Positions 1-9,401 of a DNA stretch of 64,000 nucleotides are shown piece by piece. The stretch is taken from positions 9,764-73,763 of the forward strand of contig JAKLKQ010000028.1 of NCBI GenBank assembly GCA_023150555.1, read 5' to 3'. The translations under genes were made by a program, and so were the position numbers. The notes below the pieces were generated by a model. It saw only the letters and a program-made list of their open reading frames with translations. It had not been told where the DNA came from and did no database searches. Origin of the DNA: Planctomycetota bacterium. Its GTDB lineage: Bacteria; Planctomycetota; SZUA-567; H5-PLA8. Numbering within the stretch: position 1 is the stretch's first letter; the number at the start of each line of letters is the position of its first letter.

Positions 1-809
1 AGAACGAGTCCCCCTGGCCGGAACCCGACGCCGAAGCGGCGAAGAAACTCGCCGACGAACTCAAGCGCGACCTTCCGGCGAAGGATTTCCGCTTCGAGCA
101 GGCCGGGCCGTGGATCGTCGCGACGGACCTCGACGCGGCCGCCACGCGGCGCTTCATCGACGGCACGATCCGCACCTACGCCGCCGACATCCAGCGGCAG
201 CTCTTCGACAAGACCCCGCGCCGCACGCCGGTGAAGGTCTACCTCTTCAAGGACGAACGCAGCTACAACGGCTGGAACGAGAAGCTCTTTGGCGAGAAGC
301 CTTCGACGCCCTACGGCTACTACAGCCGCACGCGCAAGGCGCTGGTGATGAACATCGGCACCGGCGGCGGCACGCTGCTGCACGAGATGGTCCACGCGAT
401 GGCCGAGGAGGAATTCCCCGCGATCCCCGCGTGGCTGAACGAGGGACTGGGGAGCCTGTACGAGGCCAGCTCGCGCGACGCCAAGGGCCGCGTCGTCGGC
501 ATCGCCAACTGGCGCCTGACCGGGCTGCTCGCCGACCTGAAGGCCGGCACGGCAGTGAAGTTCGCGGACCTGGTCGGCATGAGCGACGAAGAGTTCTACG
601 GCGAGAACTCCGGCAGCAACTACGCCTCCGCGCGCTACCTGATGCAGTGGCTGCAGTCGCAGGGGCAGCTCGAAGCCTTCTACCGCCGCATCCGCGACAA
701 GACCGACGACGACCCCCAGGCCAGCCTGCGCGCCGTCTGCGGCGGGAAGGTGACCATCGCCGAGATCGAAGCCAAGTGCTACGCCTGGGTGAAAACCCTC
801 AAGCGTTGA
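1..809 (+). CDS. Peptidase-MA-like (DUF1570-type) HExxH metalloprotein, 5' end cut by window edge
   Basis: Frame 3 is open from the window edge to the TGA at 807-809; track ORF 231..809 is only its internal GTG part. LLHEMVHAM ... AWLNEGLGSLYE is HExxH plus a downstream NEG glutamate, as in gluzincin/Peptidase_MA_2/DUF1570 proteins. A paralogous core occurs in 7173..8603. Confidence 0.7.
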   Translation, partial: NESPWPEPDAEAAKKLADELKRDLPAKDFRFEQAGPWIVATDLDAAATRRFIDGTIRTYAADIQRQLFDKTPRRTPVKVYLFKDERSYNGWNEKLFGEKPSTPYGYYSRTRKALVMNIGTGGGTLLHEMVHAMAEEEFPAIPAWLNEGLGSLYEASSRDAKGRVVGIANWRLTGLLADLKAGTAVKFADLVGMSDEEFYGENSGSNYASARYLMQWLQSQGQLEAFYRRIRDKTDDDPQASLRAVCGGKVTIAEIEAKCYAWVKTLKR

Positions 810-881
810 AACGCCGCTCTATTCCCGGTTGACCCCTTCGCCTCCGACGTGGATACTAAAGGAGGTTGAGGAGCAACCGGC

Positions 882-1685
882 ATGAAGGCGAAGATCCAGG
901 CGGCGCTCGACGAACTGCGGCCCTACATCCAGGCCGACGGCGGCGACGTGGACCTGGTCAGCGTCGACGACAACATCGTCACCGTGCGCCTGACCGGCCA
1001 CTGCGTCGGCTGCCCATCCTCCATGGTTACGCTGAAGGCCGGCATCGAGCAACACCTCAAGAAGCGCTGTCCCGAGATCACCGAAGTGCGCCAGGCGCCC
1101 AGCGCCGCGCAGGAAACCGCCCCCGGCGCGGCCGGGCATCCTGTGCAAAGCCCCTTCGCGGGAGCGGCTGCCCTGGCGCCTTCTGCGATCGAGAAGATCA
1201 CCGACCACCTGCGGCGCATGCACCGCGAGGCCGAACGCCATCTCGACCGCATGGAGACCGCGCTGAACCGCATCGCCGAGAAGCAGCACGGCGACGGCGA
1301 CTTGCGCGAACTGGAGACGACCGTCGAGTTCCTCAACGTGGACCTGATGACGCACATGCGCCAGGAAGACGAGGTGCTCTTTCCCGCGCTGGTGCCGTTC
1401 ATCTCGTGGGGCTCGCCTATGTCGGTGATGGCGAAGGAACACAACGTCATCCACGAAGAGATCCAGGCCATGCGCCCCGCGCTGAAGGCCTTCCGCAAGA
1501 GCGGCGACGGCGAGGAACTGGTGCGGCTGGGCAAGCGCCTGGCCCAGCGCCTGCGCGACGACTTCTTCCAGGAAGAGAACGTCATGTTCGTCGAGGCCGA
1601 CGAATCGCTGACCGGCGCGCGCGCCGACGCCCTGCGCGAGGCCATGGTACGCATCGCCGCCGCCGCCGAACGCGACCGCAACTGA
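882..1685 (+). CDS. NifU C-terminal-type (CxxC) domain fused to a hemerythrin/RIC-like di-iron domain
   Basis: AGGAGG lies upstream of the ATG. The N-terminal ~75 aa (DGGDVDLVSVDDNIVTVRLTGHCVGCPSS..TLKAGIE) carry the NifU/Nfu C-terminal domain signature. The C-terminal ~150 aa carry HREAE, HMRQEDEVLFP, KEHNVIHEE and FFQEENVMF, typical of HHE hemerythrin (ScdA/YtfE-type) domains. Confidence 0.8.
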   Translation: MKAKIQAALDELRPYIQADGGDVDLVSVDDNIVTVRLTGHCVGCPSSMVTLKAGIEQHLKKRCPEITEVRQAPSAAQETAPGAAGHPVQSPFAGAAALAPSAIEKITDHLRRMHREAERHLDRMETALNRIAEKQHGDGDLRELETTVEFLNVDLMTHMRQEDEVLFPALVPFISWGSPMSVMAKEHNVIHEEIQAMRPALKAFRKSGDGEELVRLGKRLAQRLRDDFFQEENVMFVEADESLTGARADALREAMVRIAAAAERDRN

Positions 1686-1770
1686 ACAACCGCCGTTCCC
1701 CATCGCTTTAATTTCGCGCGCCGCTCCGCTACACTGGATTCCGCTTCTACTGCGACAGAAGGAATTCCGC

Positions 1771-3210
1771 ATGGCCCGCGCGCCCAACATCCTGCTCTTC
1801 CTGACCGACGATCACGGCGCCTGGGCGACCGGCTGCTACGGCAACCGCGAGGTCCGCTCGCCCGCGATGGACGCCATCGCCGCGGAGGGTGCGCGCTTCG
1901 CCCACTGCTTCACGCCGTGCCCGGTCAGCTCGCCGGCGCGCGCGTGCGTAATGACCGGCCGCACGCCGTCGCAGGTGGGCGTGCACGACTGGCTGCTGGA
2001 CTCCGATCCCGAGATCGCGAAGACCGTGCCGAAGGGCGGGTGGCTGGGCGCGGAGACGACGCTGCCGATGCTGCTGCAGTCCGCCGGCTACCGCTGCGGC
2101 CTTTCGGGCAAGTGGCACATCGGCGCCGACGAGCAGGCGCCGGCCGGCTTCGACTGGTACTTCGGCCTGCCGGGGCGCCAGGGTGGGCACCGCGGGCCCC
2201 ACGAGTACGCGCTGAACGGCGAGCGCGTGACGCTCGACGGCGTGAAGACCGACATCATCACCGATTACGCATTGCGTTTCCTCGACGAGGCGCCCGCCGG
2301 CCGGCCGTTCTTCCTGAACGTGGGCTGGATCGCCACGCACAGCCCGTACCTGGACCACGAGGAAGACCTGGTCGAAAGCTACGCGAACTGCGTCTTCGAG
2401 GACATCCCGCCGTACGTGCCGCACCCCTGGCACAAGAACGAGGGCATGGCCTCGTCGAACCGCGGCACCGGCAAGCGCGCCAGCGAGGCCGACTGCCGCA
2501 TCCGCTACCGGAACTACTATGCCGCCGTCACCGAGATGGACCGCAACATCGTGCGGCTGCTGGATGCGCTGCGCGCGCAGGGGCGCCTGGACGACACGGT
2601 CGTGGTCTACACCGCCGACCACGGTTGTTCGCTGGGCCACCAGGGCTTCTGGGGCAAGGGCAACAGCACGCGCCCGCTGAACATGTACGAGACCTCGCTG
2701 CGCGTGCCGCTGATGCTGCGCTACCCCAAGGCCGTGCCCGCCGGGACCACGGTTACGCATTGCGTGGATCACTACGACACCTTCCGCGCGCTGTGCGACT
2801 TCGCGGGCGTGGACGCGGAGGGAAAGAAAGCGCGCGCCTGCGCGGGCGAAAGCTGGCGCGCGCTGGCCGAAGGCAAGGACGTTCCCGGCTGGCGCGAGGC
2901 GCGCTACGGCGAGTACGGCGACCTGCGCATGATCCGCACGCCCGAGTACAAACTCGTGCGGCGCTTTCCCAACGGCCCCGACGATCTCTTCGATCTGCGC
3001 AAGGACCCGAACGAGACGGTGAACCTCGCGCACGATCCTGCGCACGCCGCGACGCGGGCGAAGCTGCTGACCGACCTCGAAGGCTGGTACGCGAAGCACG
3101 AAGACCCCGCCAAGAGCGGCCTGCGCGTGAAGGAACTTCCCAAGCACAACACGCACGCCGAGGCCTGGCGCGACGGCCTCCGGGAGGCGGCGGGCTTGCA
3201 GATTTACTGA
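1771..3210 (+). CDS. Sulfatase (alkaline-phosphatase superfamily), Ser-type signature, no signal peptide
   Basis: NILLFLTDDHG metal-binding start. PVSSPARACVMTGR fits the sulfatase signature [CS]-x-P-x-R-x4-TG with Ser at the formylglycine position. DHG..LG..G.WGK motifs are present, and a GAAGGAA RBS precedes the start. Confidence 0.9.
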   Translation: MARAPNILLFLTDDHGAWATGCYGNREVRSPAMDAIAAEGARFAHCFTPCPVSSPARACVMTGRTPSQVGVHDWLLDSDPEIAKTVPKGGWLGAETTLPMLLQSAGYRCGLSGKWHIGADEQAPAGFDWYFGLPGRQGGHRGPHEYALNGERVTLDGVKTDIITDYALRFLDEAPAGRPFFLNVGWIATHSPYLDHEEDLVESYANCVFEDIPPYVPHPWHKNEGMASSNRGTGKRASEADCRIRYRNYYAAVTEMDRNIVRLLDALRAQGRLDDTVVVYTADHGCSLGHQGFWGKGNSTRPLNMYETSLRVPLMLRYPKAVPAGTTVTHCVDHYDTFRALCDFAGVDAEGKKARACAGESWRALAEGKDVPGWREARYGEYGDLRMIRTPEYKLVRRFPNGPDDLFDLRKDPNETVNLAHDPAHAATRAKLLTDLEGWYAKHEDPAKSGLRVKELPKHNTHAEAWRDGLREAAGLQIY

Positions 3211-3213
3211 ACT

Positions 3214-5313
3214 TTAATCCAGCGTCTCCGGCAGTTCGGGGACGAGCGGGTTCTCCTGCTCGGGCGGCTTCTCGGGCTTCTTCTTCTCGGGCTTCTTGTT
3301 GCGGCCGAAGTCGGGCACCACGCCGTCGTCTTCGTCCTCGGGCGGCGCGTCGGTCTTGGGCTGCTCGCCGGACACGGCGGGCTTCGGCGCCAGGTCTTCG
3401 GGTTTGAACTCGGGCTGCTTGACCGAAAGATCCCAGACCAGGATCGCGGTGTCCTCGCTGCCGCTGGCCAGCGTCTTGCCGCCGGGCGCAAAGCAGAGCG
3501 CCACGACGGGGCCCTGATGCCCGCGCCACGTGCCGAGCGCCTCGCCCTTCGCCGCCGACCACAGCTTCACGACGCCGTCCTTGCCGCCGGTCGCGATCTT
3601 GTCGCCGCCAGGCGCATAGGCCACCGCGCGCACCGTCTCGGCGTCGGCGTCGAACTTCGCCACTTCCGCGCCGCTGGCCACCGTCCACAGATGCGCGCTG
3701 CGCCCGGCGACCGTCGCCAGCGTCGCGCCGTCGGGCGAGAAGGCCAGGCCCGCGACGTGCCCGTAGGGGATCTCCAGCACGCGGGTCTGTTCGCCTTCGT
3801 TGACGTTCCAGATGCGCACGCTGTCGTCGTCGCTGCCGCTGGCCAGCGTCGCGCCGCCGGGCGCGAAGCCCAGCGCCGTCACCGCGCCGTGGTGGCCTTC
3901 CAGCACGCCGGCGAGCTTTCCGTCGGCGAGGTTCGTGATGCGCACGACTTCGTCCTCGCCGCCGGTGGCGATTCTTTTGCCGTCGGGCGAGAGCGCCATG
4001 GCGTGCTGCGGTGCCTGCGAGACGCGGAAGCGCCGCTGCTCGGCGCCGTTGCCGTCGCGCACGACCACGTAGCCGTCGGCGTCGAAGGAGACGACCGAGC
4101 CATCCGGCGCGCAGGCGACACCGACGACGCGTGTCTTGTGCCCGGCGCCGTAGCCTAAAGGCGCGCCGCCAGCCGCCTCCCACAGGCGCACGCTGCCGTC
4201 GGCGCCGGCGCTGGCGACCTGCTTGCCGTCCTTCGTGAAGGCCAGCGCGCGCACGGCGCCTTCGTGGCCGGCGGCGGGCGCGTCGCCGGCGCGGGCCTTG
4301 TCGAGGTTGAAGAAGGCCAGCAGGCCGCCGGGACCGCCGGTGGCGGCGATCTCGGCGTCGGGCGTGATGGCGAGGGCTTCCGGTGCCGCCGCGCGGGTCT
4401 CGACGGCTTTCGTCTCGGTGCCCTTGGCCGGATCCCAGACGCGCAGCTTGCGGTCGCTGCCGGCGGTGACGAGCATCGAGCCGTCGATGGAGCAGGCCAG
4501 GCCGTTGAGCCAGGTGTCCGGCACGGAGAACTTGGCGATCTCCGCGTCGCGCCACAGGTCCATGACCTGCACGCCGTAGTGGTCGGTGCCCAGCACCAGG
4601 CCCTTGTCGCCGGGCAGGATCCACACGAAGCGCAGCGTGTCGCCGGGGTTGATGACCTCGCGCAGCTGCGCGCCGCTTTCGGCGTCCCACAGCACCGCGG
4701 TGCGCGCGGTGGCGCTGGCCAGGACCTTGCCGTCGGCGCTGAAGCACAGCGAGCGCACGGCCTCGCGGTGCCCGCGCATGCGGGCGACCTCGCGCGCGTA
4801 GGCGATGTTCCAGACGCGCACGACCTTGTCGTCGCCGCTGGTCGCCACGGACTTGCCGTCTTTCGAGAAGGCCAGCACGCTCACCGGCGCCTTATGGCCT
4901 TCCAGCACGGCGAGTTCCTTGCCGGTCGAAAGTTCCCAGATGCGCGCGGCGTTGTCGTCGCCGCCGCTGACCAGCAGGTCCTGCGAGGGCGAGAAGGCCA
5001 GCGCGCGCACGGCGCCGGTGTGCCCGCGGAAGCGCCGCAGTTCGCGCCCGGTCTTGCCGTCCCACAGCCGCACGGTGTTGTCTTCGCCGGCGGTGGCGAT
5101 CTTGGTGCCGTCGGCGTCCATGGCCATGGCGAGCAGCTTGGCGCCGTGGCGCAGGCGCACGGTGCCCAGGCGCGCTATGGCCGCCGGCGGCAGCGCGTCG
5201 CCGTTGCGGTCCATGGCGGGGGCGGGCGCCTCGCCGGCGTGCGCGATGCTTACGCAAAGCAGCAGCGTGAGGGCGGATGCGCGGCGGAAGGAGCGCGTGG
5301 CGGTCGCGTGCAT
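3214..5313 (-). CDS. Secreted WD40 beta-propeller repeat protein with charged C-terminal tail
   Basis: Start taken at the internal ATG at 5313 (MHATATRSFRRASALTLLLCVSIAHAGE, a signal peptide). The 1003-aa track ORF otherwise runs through the upstream gene in another frame. There are more than 12 repeats of the GH.G.V..LAFSPDG..LASGS.D..V.LW type, and the tail is PEKKKPEKPPEQE-rich. Confidence 0.8.
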   Translation of the reverse strand: MHATATRSFRRASALTLLLCVSIAHAGEAPAPAMDRNGDALPPAAIARLGTVRLRHGAKLLAMAMDADGTKIATAGEDNTVRLWDGKTGRELRRFRGHTGAVRALAFSPSQDLLVSGGDDNAARIWELSTGKELAVLEGHKAPVSVLAFSKDGKSVATSGDDKVVRVWNIAYAREVARMRGHREAVRSLCFSADGKVLASATARTAVLWDAESGAQLREVINPGDTLRFVWILPGDKGLVLGTDHYGVQVMDLWRDAEIAKFSVPDTWLNGLACSIDGSMLVTAGSDRKLRVWDPAKGTETKAVETRAAAPEALAITPDAEIAATGGPGGLLAFFNLDKARAGDAPAAGHEGAVRALAFTKDGKQVASAGADGSVRLWEAAGGAPLGYGAGHKTRVVGVACAPDGSVVSFDADGYVVVRDGNGAEQRRFRVSQAPQHAMALSPDGKRIATGGEDEVVRITNLADGKLAGVLEGHHGAVTALGFAPGGATLASGSDDDSVRIWNVNEGEQTRVLEIPYGHVAGLAFSPDGATLATVAGRSAHLWTVASGAEVAKFDADAETVRAVAYAPGGDKIATGGKDGVVKLWSAAKGEALGTWRGHQGPVVALCFAPGGKTLASGSEDTAILVWDLSVKQPEFKPEDLAPKPAVSGEQPKTDAPPEDEDDGVVPDFGRNKKPEKKKPEKPPEQENPLVPELPETLD

Positions 5314-5327
5314 GCGGTCCCGGGTCT

Positions 5328-6257
5328 CTAGTGCATTTGCGCTTCGCAGGTGCCGATGGCCGGGCGGTAGAAGCTGAAGCGCACGTTGGGGTGCTCGGCC
5401 AGCAGCGACATGGGGACGCTCGAGTCGGGGATCTTCTTCGAGATCATCAGCGAGGTCAGGCGCATGCCGAAGGGGTTGTCGTGCACGCCGGCGTGCCAGA
5501 TGCTGACGCGCTCGGCCTTCCACGTCTCGACGGGCCCGACGGTGGCGGCCTGCGTAGGCACCATCGAGACGTTGCCTCCGCCGCTGGTGCGCGCGTTCTG
5601 GATCACGGTCATCGGATGCAGATCGACGACGCGCGCGGCGAGCTTGCGGTACTCGGCAGGCGAAGGCGGCGCGTCCTTGTGCGCGCCGGAACGCGGAAGC
5701 GGATCGTTGAAGGCCCAGTGCTTGACCTCGCCCTGGCCGCCCTGCATCACCACGCAGCGCACCGAATCGTAACTCCTCGTGTACCTGGCCAGGTCGCCGG
5801 TGGGGAAGTGCAGGTGGCTGTCCGGCATGCGCAGATTCTCGTCGATGCGGTTGAAGCACAGCTCCAGGTCGGCCTTGGCGAAGCTGAGCGGGTGCGTCAC
5901 CGGCACGGGCTTGCCGTCCTGCACCCACTCGTCCATACCCCAAAAGTGCGCGCTGCGGACGTCCAGGCCCAGCGCGTTGACGATGCGCGCGACCAGCGGC
6001 AGTTGCTCGGTGGGGCCGATGGGCCCGCAGATTCCGGCGGGCTTGCTCTCGCTCGACTGCCGCCACGCCTCGATGTATTCCAGCGCCTCGGCGAGGTAGA
6101 ACTCCTCGAGCGTCTCGTAGAAGCGCACCTCGAAGCCCGGCCGCGCAAGTTGCAGGAGATCCTTCGCGGTCAGCTTGGCGGCGTCGGCGAGGATCTTCGC
6201 ATCGAGTGTCGTGTAGTCCCACCACGCGGGCGCGACTTTGCTGATCGGGCGCGGCAT
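5328..6257 (-). CDS. Glucosamine-6-phosphate deaminase / 6-phosphogluconolactonase family protein (NagB-like)
   Basis: GPIGPTEQ ... FWGMDEW ... [14 protein letters not shown] match the NagB-family G.TP / F.MDEY / G.DGH.AFNEP motifs. Confidence 0.75.
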   Translation of the reverse strand: MPRPISKVAPAWWDYTTLDAKILADAAKLTAKDLLQLARPGFEVRFYETLEEFYLAEALEYIEAWRQSSESKPAGICGPIGPTEQLPLVARIVNALGLDVRSAHFWGMDEWVQDGKPVPVTHPLSFAKADLELCFNRIDENLRMPDSHLHFPTGDLARYTRSYDSVRCVVMQGGQGEVKHWAFNDPLPRSGAHKDAPPSPAEYRKLAARVVDLHPMTVIQNARTSGGGNVSMVPTQAATVGPVETWKAERVSIWHAGVHDNPFGMRLTSLMISKKIPDSSVPMSLLAEHPNVRFSFYRPAIGTCEAQMH

Positions 6258-6309
6258 CGAAACGCCTCCTTATATAGGTGAGTAAACCGCCTGGGGCCGG
6301 CAGGCGGGG

Positions 6310-7116
6310 CTATTCCAGGTCCGCTTCGTAGTCCGGATCGACCCAGCAGGCCGCGCCGAGCCATTCGGCGAGCGGGTCGTAGCCTTCGCGCGCGAAGCCC
6401 AGGTGGTTGTGGCGGCGCCAGCCTTCGGCATATTCGAAGCGCCCGGACTGCTTCCCCACCGCGCGGCTCATCTGCTCCATCTCGGTCAGGTACGCGTCCA
6501 TGCCCTGGCTGACGTCGAGCCACTCCTTCTGCGTTCTGTGGCAGGCCAGCATGGCGCGCTTGCGTTCCAACACCGCGCCGATGTCCACGTACTGCCCGCT
6601 GCGCACCTTTCGGCGCAGGCCGTCGCGCAGGCCGTGCGGCAGCGCGTGGTAGACGACGCAGTCGCCTTCCACCGGCGGCACGCTCGGATCGGCCGCGAGG
6701 TTCTTCATCCCGCGGCCGAAGGCGGCGGTGACCAGCAGGCGGCAGACGTTCTGGTGGTCTTCCATGTAGTCGTGGGGCGAATGCGTCAGCACGAGGTCGG
6801 GCTTGATGCGGCGCACGACGGCGGCGGCCTTGTGCAGCGTGGCTGCGTCGTAGAAGACGTGCAGGTCGCCGCAGATGGGCGGGTGCGCGGTGCCGCCGGC
6901 GAGCTTCGCGCTGGCCCGCGCTTCGGCCCAGCGCAACTTGACGATCTCTTCGGCGGAATGCGTCGCGGTGCCGCAGGCGCCGTCGGCGAGGTTCCAGAGG
7001 TGGATCGCGGCCCCGGCGTCCTTCAGGCGCAGCAGCGTGCCGGCCATCATGAACTCGATGTCGTCGGGATGAGCGACGGCGGCGAGGACGGTCTTGCCTG
7101 AAGCGGGTGCGGACAT
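6310..7116 (-). CDS. PIG-L / LmbE family N-acetylglucosaminyl deacetylase
   Basis: VLAAVAHPDDIEFMMAGTL (AHPDD motif), HSPHDYMEDH and HRTQ motifs are typical of the PIG-L family. Confidence 0.85.
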   Translation of the reverse strand: MSAPASGKTVLAAVAHPDDIEFMMAGTLLRLKDAGAAIHLWNLADGACGTATHSAEEIVKLRWAEARASAKLAGGTAHPPICGDLHVFYDAATLHKAAAVVRRIKPDLVLTHSPHDYMEDHQNVCRLLVTAAFGRGMKNLAADPSVPPVEGDCVVYHALPHGLRDGLRRKVRSGQYVDIGAVLERKRAMLACHRTQKEWLDVSQGMDAYLTEMEQMSRAVGKQSGRFEYAEGWRRHNHLGFAREGYDPLAEWLGAACWVDPDYEADLE

Positions 7117-7172
7117 GCGCGCCAGTCTACAAAGGCGCGCGCCGGGAAAAAGAGCCGTTTAGCAGGTGCCTG

Positions 7173-8603
7173 CTACAGCTTGAGGATGAAGTCGCGCCAC
7201 TCCTTCTCGAGCGCCTCGACGTTCACGCGCCCGAAGCTGGCGGCGTAGGCGGCCTGCGCGCCCTGGCCCTTCAGCAGGGCGTTGTAGTAGTTGTTCAGGA
7301 TCTGGCGGTAGGGGTAGTTCTGCTGCGGTTTGGCCATCATCATGAAGTAGATCATCGACCAGGCCTGCGCGTAGTTCACGCCCACGGTCTTGCGGTCGTA
7401 GAGTTCGGCCTTCACCAGCATGGTGATCTCGGGGAAGCTCTTCACCGCGTTCTGGGAGATGGCGGCCTTGATCAGCGGCAGGCGCCACGGGTTGGGCTTG
7501 AAGTCGAAGCCCTTGGCGCCGCCCTTGATCTCCAGCGGCCCGAAGAAATCGCCGAAGCCCTCGTTGAACCACTGCGGCGGCTGCTCGATGAAGTAGTCGA
7601 GGAACTGGTGGAAGCCTTCGTGGTAGAGCACGATCAGGTTGTCGGCCTTGTTCGGGCGTCCACGCACGACGAGTTTCTTGACGAAGGGGTTGTAGAAGCC
7701 GCCGGTGTTGGGTTGCCCGCCGAAGCCGAAGTAGTCTGGGTCCTTGCCGAAGATGTAGATGGGAAAGCGCGCGGTGCCGGGCGGCGTGCCGAAGTAGCTG
7801 ACGTAGAGCTTGTAGACGTTCTCGGCCTCCTCGGCCATGTAGTCGCAGACGTCCTGGCTCACGTCGGTCTGGATGATGTAGTGCGGCGTCTCCTTCTTGT
7901 ACACGGTCGGCCAGTTGGGGCCCTTCGCGTCCTGCGCGAGGAGCTTAAGCATCTGTTCGAGCATCTTCTGGCGGCCCGTCCATTCTTTTTTCTCGTCCTC
8001 GCTGGACACGCTGGCGAGGTGCTTTCCGGCGATCGCCTTCGCCTTCTCGAGGTCTGGGCGCGCGCGGGTGTAGTCGGTCATCTTCATGTAGATCAGCCCG
8101 CGGTTCTGGTTCGCGTAGAAGAACTCGGCGTCGATTTTCAGCGCGTTCTCGTACCAGCGCAGGGCTTCGGGATACTTCTTCTGCCACGCGTAAACATCGG
8201 CAAGCTCGGTCATGCCGGCGGGAAAATTGGCGCGGCGCACCAGCATCTGCCGCAGCAGGTCCTCGGCCTTCTTGAACTCCATCGTCATCTGGTAGCCGAT
8301 GGCGAGATTAAAGGTGGTCAGGTCGCGGAAGAGGCCCTGCGCTTCGGGGGTCGCCTTCGAGTGGCTCGTGCTGAGTTGCAGCGCTTCTTCGAAGGCCGTC
8401 GTCGCCTTGTCGGCGTTGGCGTAAAAGTCCTTGGCGGAAGTCCTTAGCGCTTTGAGCGCCTCCTTGCCGCGCTTGTAGGCCTCCAGCGCGGCGGGTGCCA
8501 CCTCCGCGGGCGGCTCCTGGTCCTGGAAGGGCGTGTCGGCGCGAGCGGTTGCGGCGGCGGCCAGCAGCAGCACGGCAAAGGCGAGGCGGCTCACGAAGGA
8601 CAT
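7173..8603 (-). CDS. Secreted TPR-repeat protein with DUF1570/peptidase-MA-like C-terminal domain
   Basis: Start at ATG 8603 (GGGAGA 7 nt upstream; MSFVSRLAFAVLLLAAAATARA is a signal peptide); an alternative ATG is at 8630. TPR-like helices occupy the N-terminal half. LYHEGFHQFLDYF ... WFNEGFGDFFGP resembles the HExxH..NEG core of gene 1..809. Confidence 0.75.
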   Translation of the reverse strand: MSFVSRLAFAVLLLAAAATARADTPFQDQEPPAEVAPAALEAYKRGKEALKALRTSAKDFYANADKATTAFEEALQLSTSHSKATPEAQGLFRDLTTFNLAIGYQMTMEFKKAEDLLRQMLVRRANFPAGMTELADVYAWQKKYPEALRWYENALKIDAEFFYANQNRGLIYMKMTDYTRARPDLEKAKAIAGKHLASVSSEDEKKEWTGRQKMLEQMLKLLAQDAKGPNWPTVYKKETPHYIIQTDVSQDVCDYMAEEAENVYKLYVSYFGTPPGTARFPIYIFGKDPDYFGFGGQPNTGGFYNPFVKKLVVRGRPNKADNLIVLYHEGFHQFLDYFIEQPPQWFNEGFGDFFGPLEIKGGAKGFDFKPNPWRLPLIKAAISQNAVKSFPEITMLVKAELYDRKTVGVNYAQAWSMIYFMMMAKPQQNYPYRQILNNYYNALLKGQGAQAAYAASFGRVNVEALEKEWRDFILKL

Positions 8604-8813
8604 CGGCTCATCTCCCGCATCCATGGACAAGGCTTATCGGTGGGCGGCGCGGGGTAACTGCCCGCGGTGCGCTACCTTACGTAGCCGTCTGGGAGGCGCT
8701 TTACGCGCAAAAATCGCGCGATTTCCCAACCAATTGCGTAGCCGGATACCGTGCAGGACGGCGAAATCCGGCTCCGGAATAGAGAAATTGTTTCGCACAA
8801 TGTGCAGGAGAAA

Positions 8814-9401
8814 TCAGGGCACGGCTTCGACGCCGACGACCTCGGGGAGTTCGCGGCGCAAGAGGTTCTCGATGCCGGCCTTGAGCGTCACGAGAGAGCT
8901 GGGGCACTGGTGGCAGGCCCCGCGTAGGCGCAGCTTCACGATGCCGTCCTCGAAGCCGCAGAAGACGATGTCGCCGCCGTCGTTGGCGACGGCGGGCCGG
9001 ATCACGGTGTCGAGCAGCCGCACGATGTGGTCTTCGGTAGTCATCGGTCCGGCCTGCTTGGCGGCTTCGGCGGCCGCGCGCTGCTCGGCAAGCTTCTCCG
9101 CGTCGACAGCCGGATCACTCGACGCCGCGTGCGCCTGCAGCGTCTCGGCGACGGGCGCATCGAGTTTCGCGGGGTCCTCGCCCAGGCCCACGCTCACCGT
9201 CACGAAGCTCGGACCCACGAAGACGCCCTGCACGCCGTCGAGCGCGAAGAGCTTCGCGGCCAGCGGGCTGGCCTCCGCGTCGCCCGCCGAGCGGAAGTCG
9301 AAGCCCGCGCCGGCGAGAAGCGTGCGGTTCAGCACGTACTTGCGGCTGCTGGGATTAGGCGTGGGGGCCGCCTGGATGGACAGTTCCGGTGCCGAACTCA
9401 T
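8814..9401 (-). CDS. Nfu/NifU-type Fe-S cluster scaffold (Nfu N-terminal domain + NifU C-terminal CxxC domain)
   Basis: N-terminus NPSSRKYVLNRTL...FVGPSFVTVS is Nfu_N-like. C-terminus DGGDIVFCGFEDGIVKLRLRGACHQCPSSLVTLKAGIEN is the NifU C-terminal domain. Confidence 0.85.
   Translation of the reverse strand: MSSAPELSIQAAPTPNPSSRKYVLNRTLLAGAGFDFRSAGDAEASPLAAKLFALDGVQGVFVGPSFVTVSVGLGEDPAKLDAPVAETLQAHAASSDPAVDAEKLAEQRAAAEAAKQAGPMTTEDHIVRLLDTVIRPAVANDGGDIVFCGFEDGIVKLRLRGACHQCPSSLVTLKAGIENLLRRELPEVVGVEAVP

Noticed and set aside
110-832. 240-aa plus-strand ORF overlapping the first gene
   Set aside because: It is an Arg/Pro/Gly-rich alternative frame of the HExxH protein gene. This is a typical high-GC shadow ORF.
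3214-6225. 1003-aa minus-strand track ORF
   Set aside because: Its N-terminal ~300 aa are Arg/Ala/Gly-rich. They lie out of frame over the well-supported NagB-like gene (5328..6257). A signal-peptide-bearing ATG at 5313 gives a coherent WD40 protein, so the CDS is truncated to 3214..5313.
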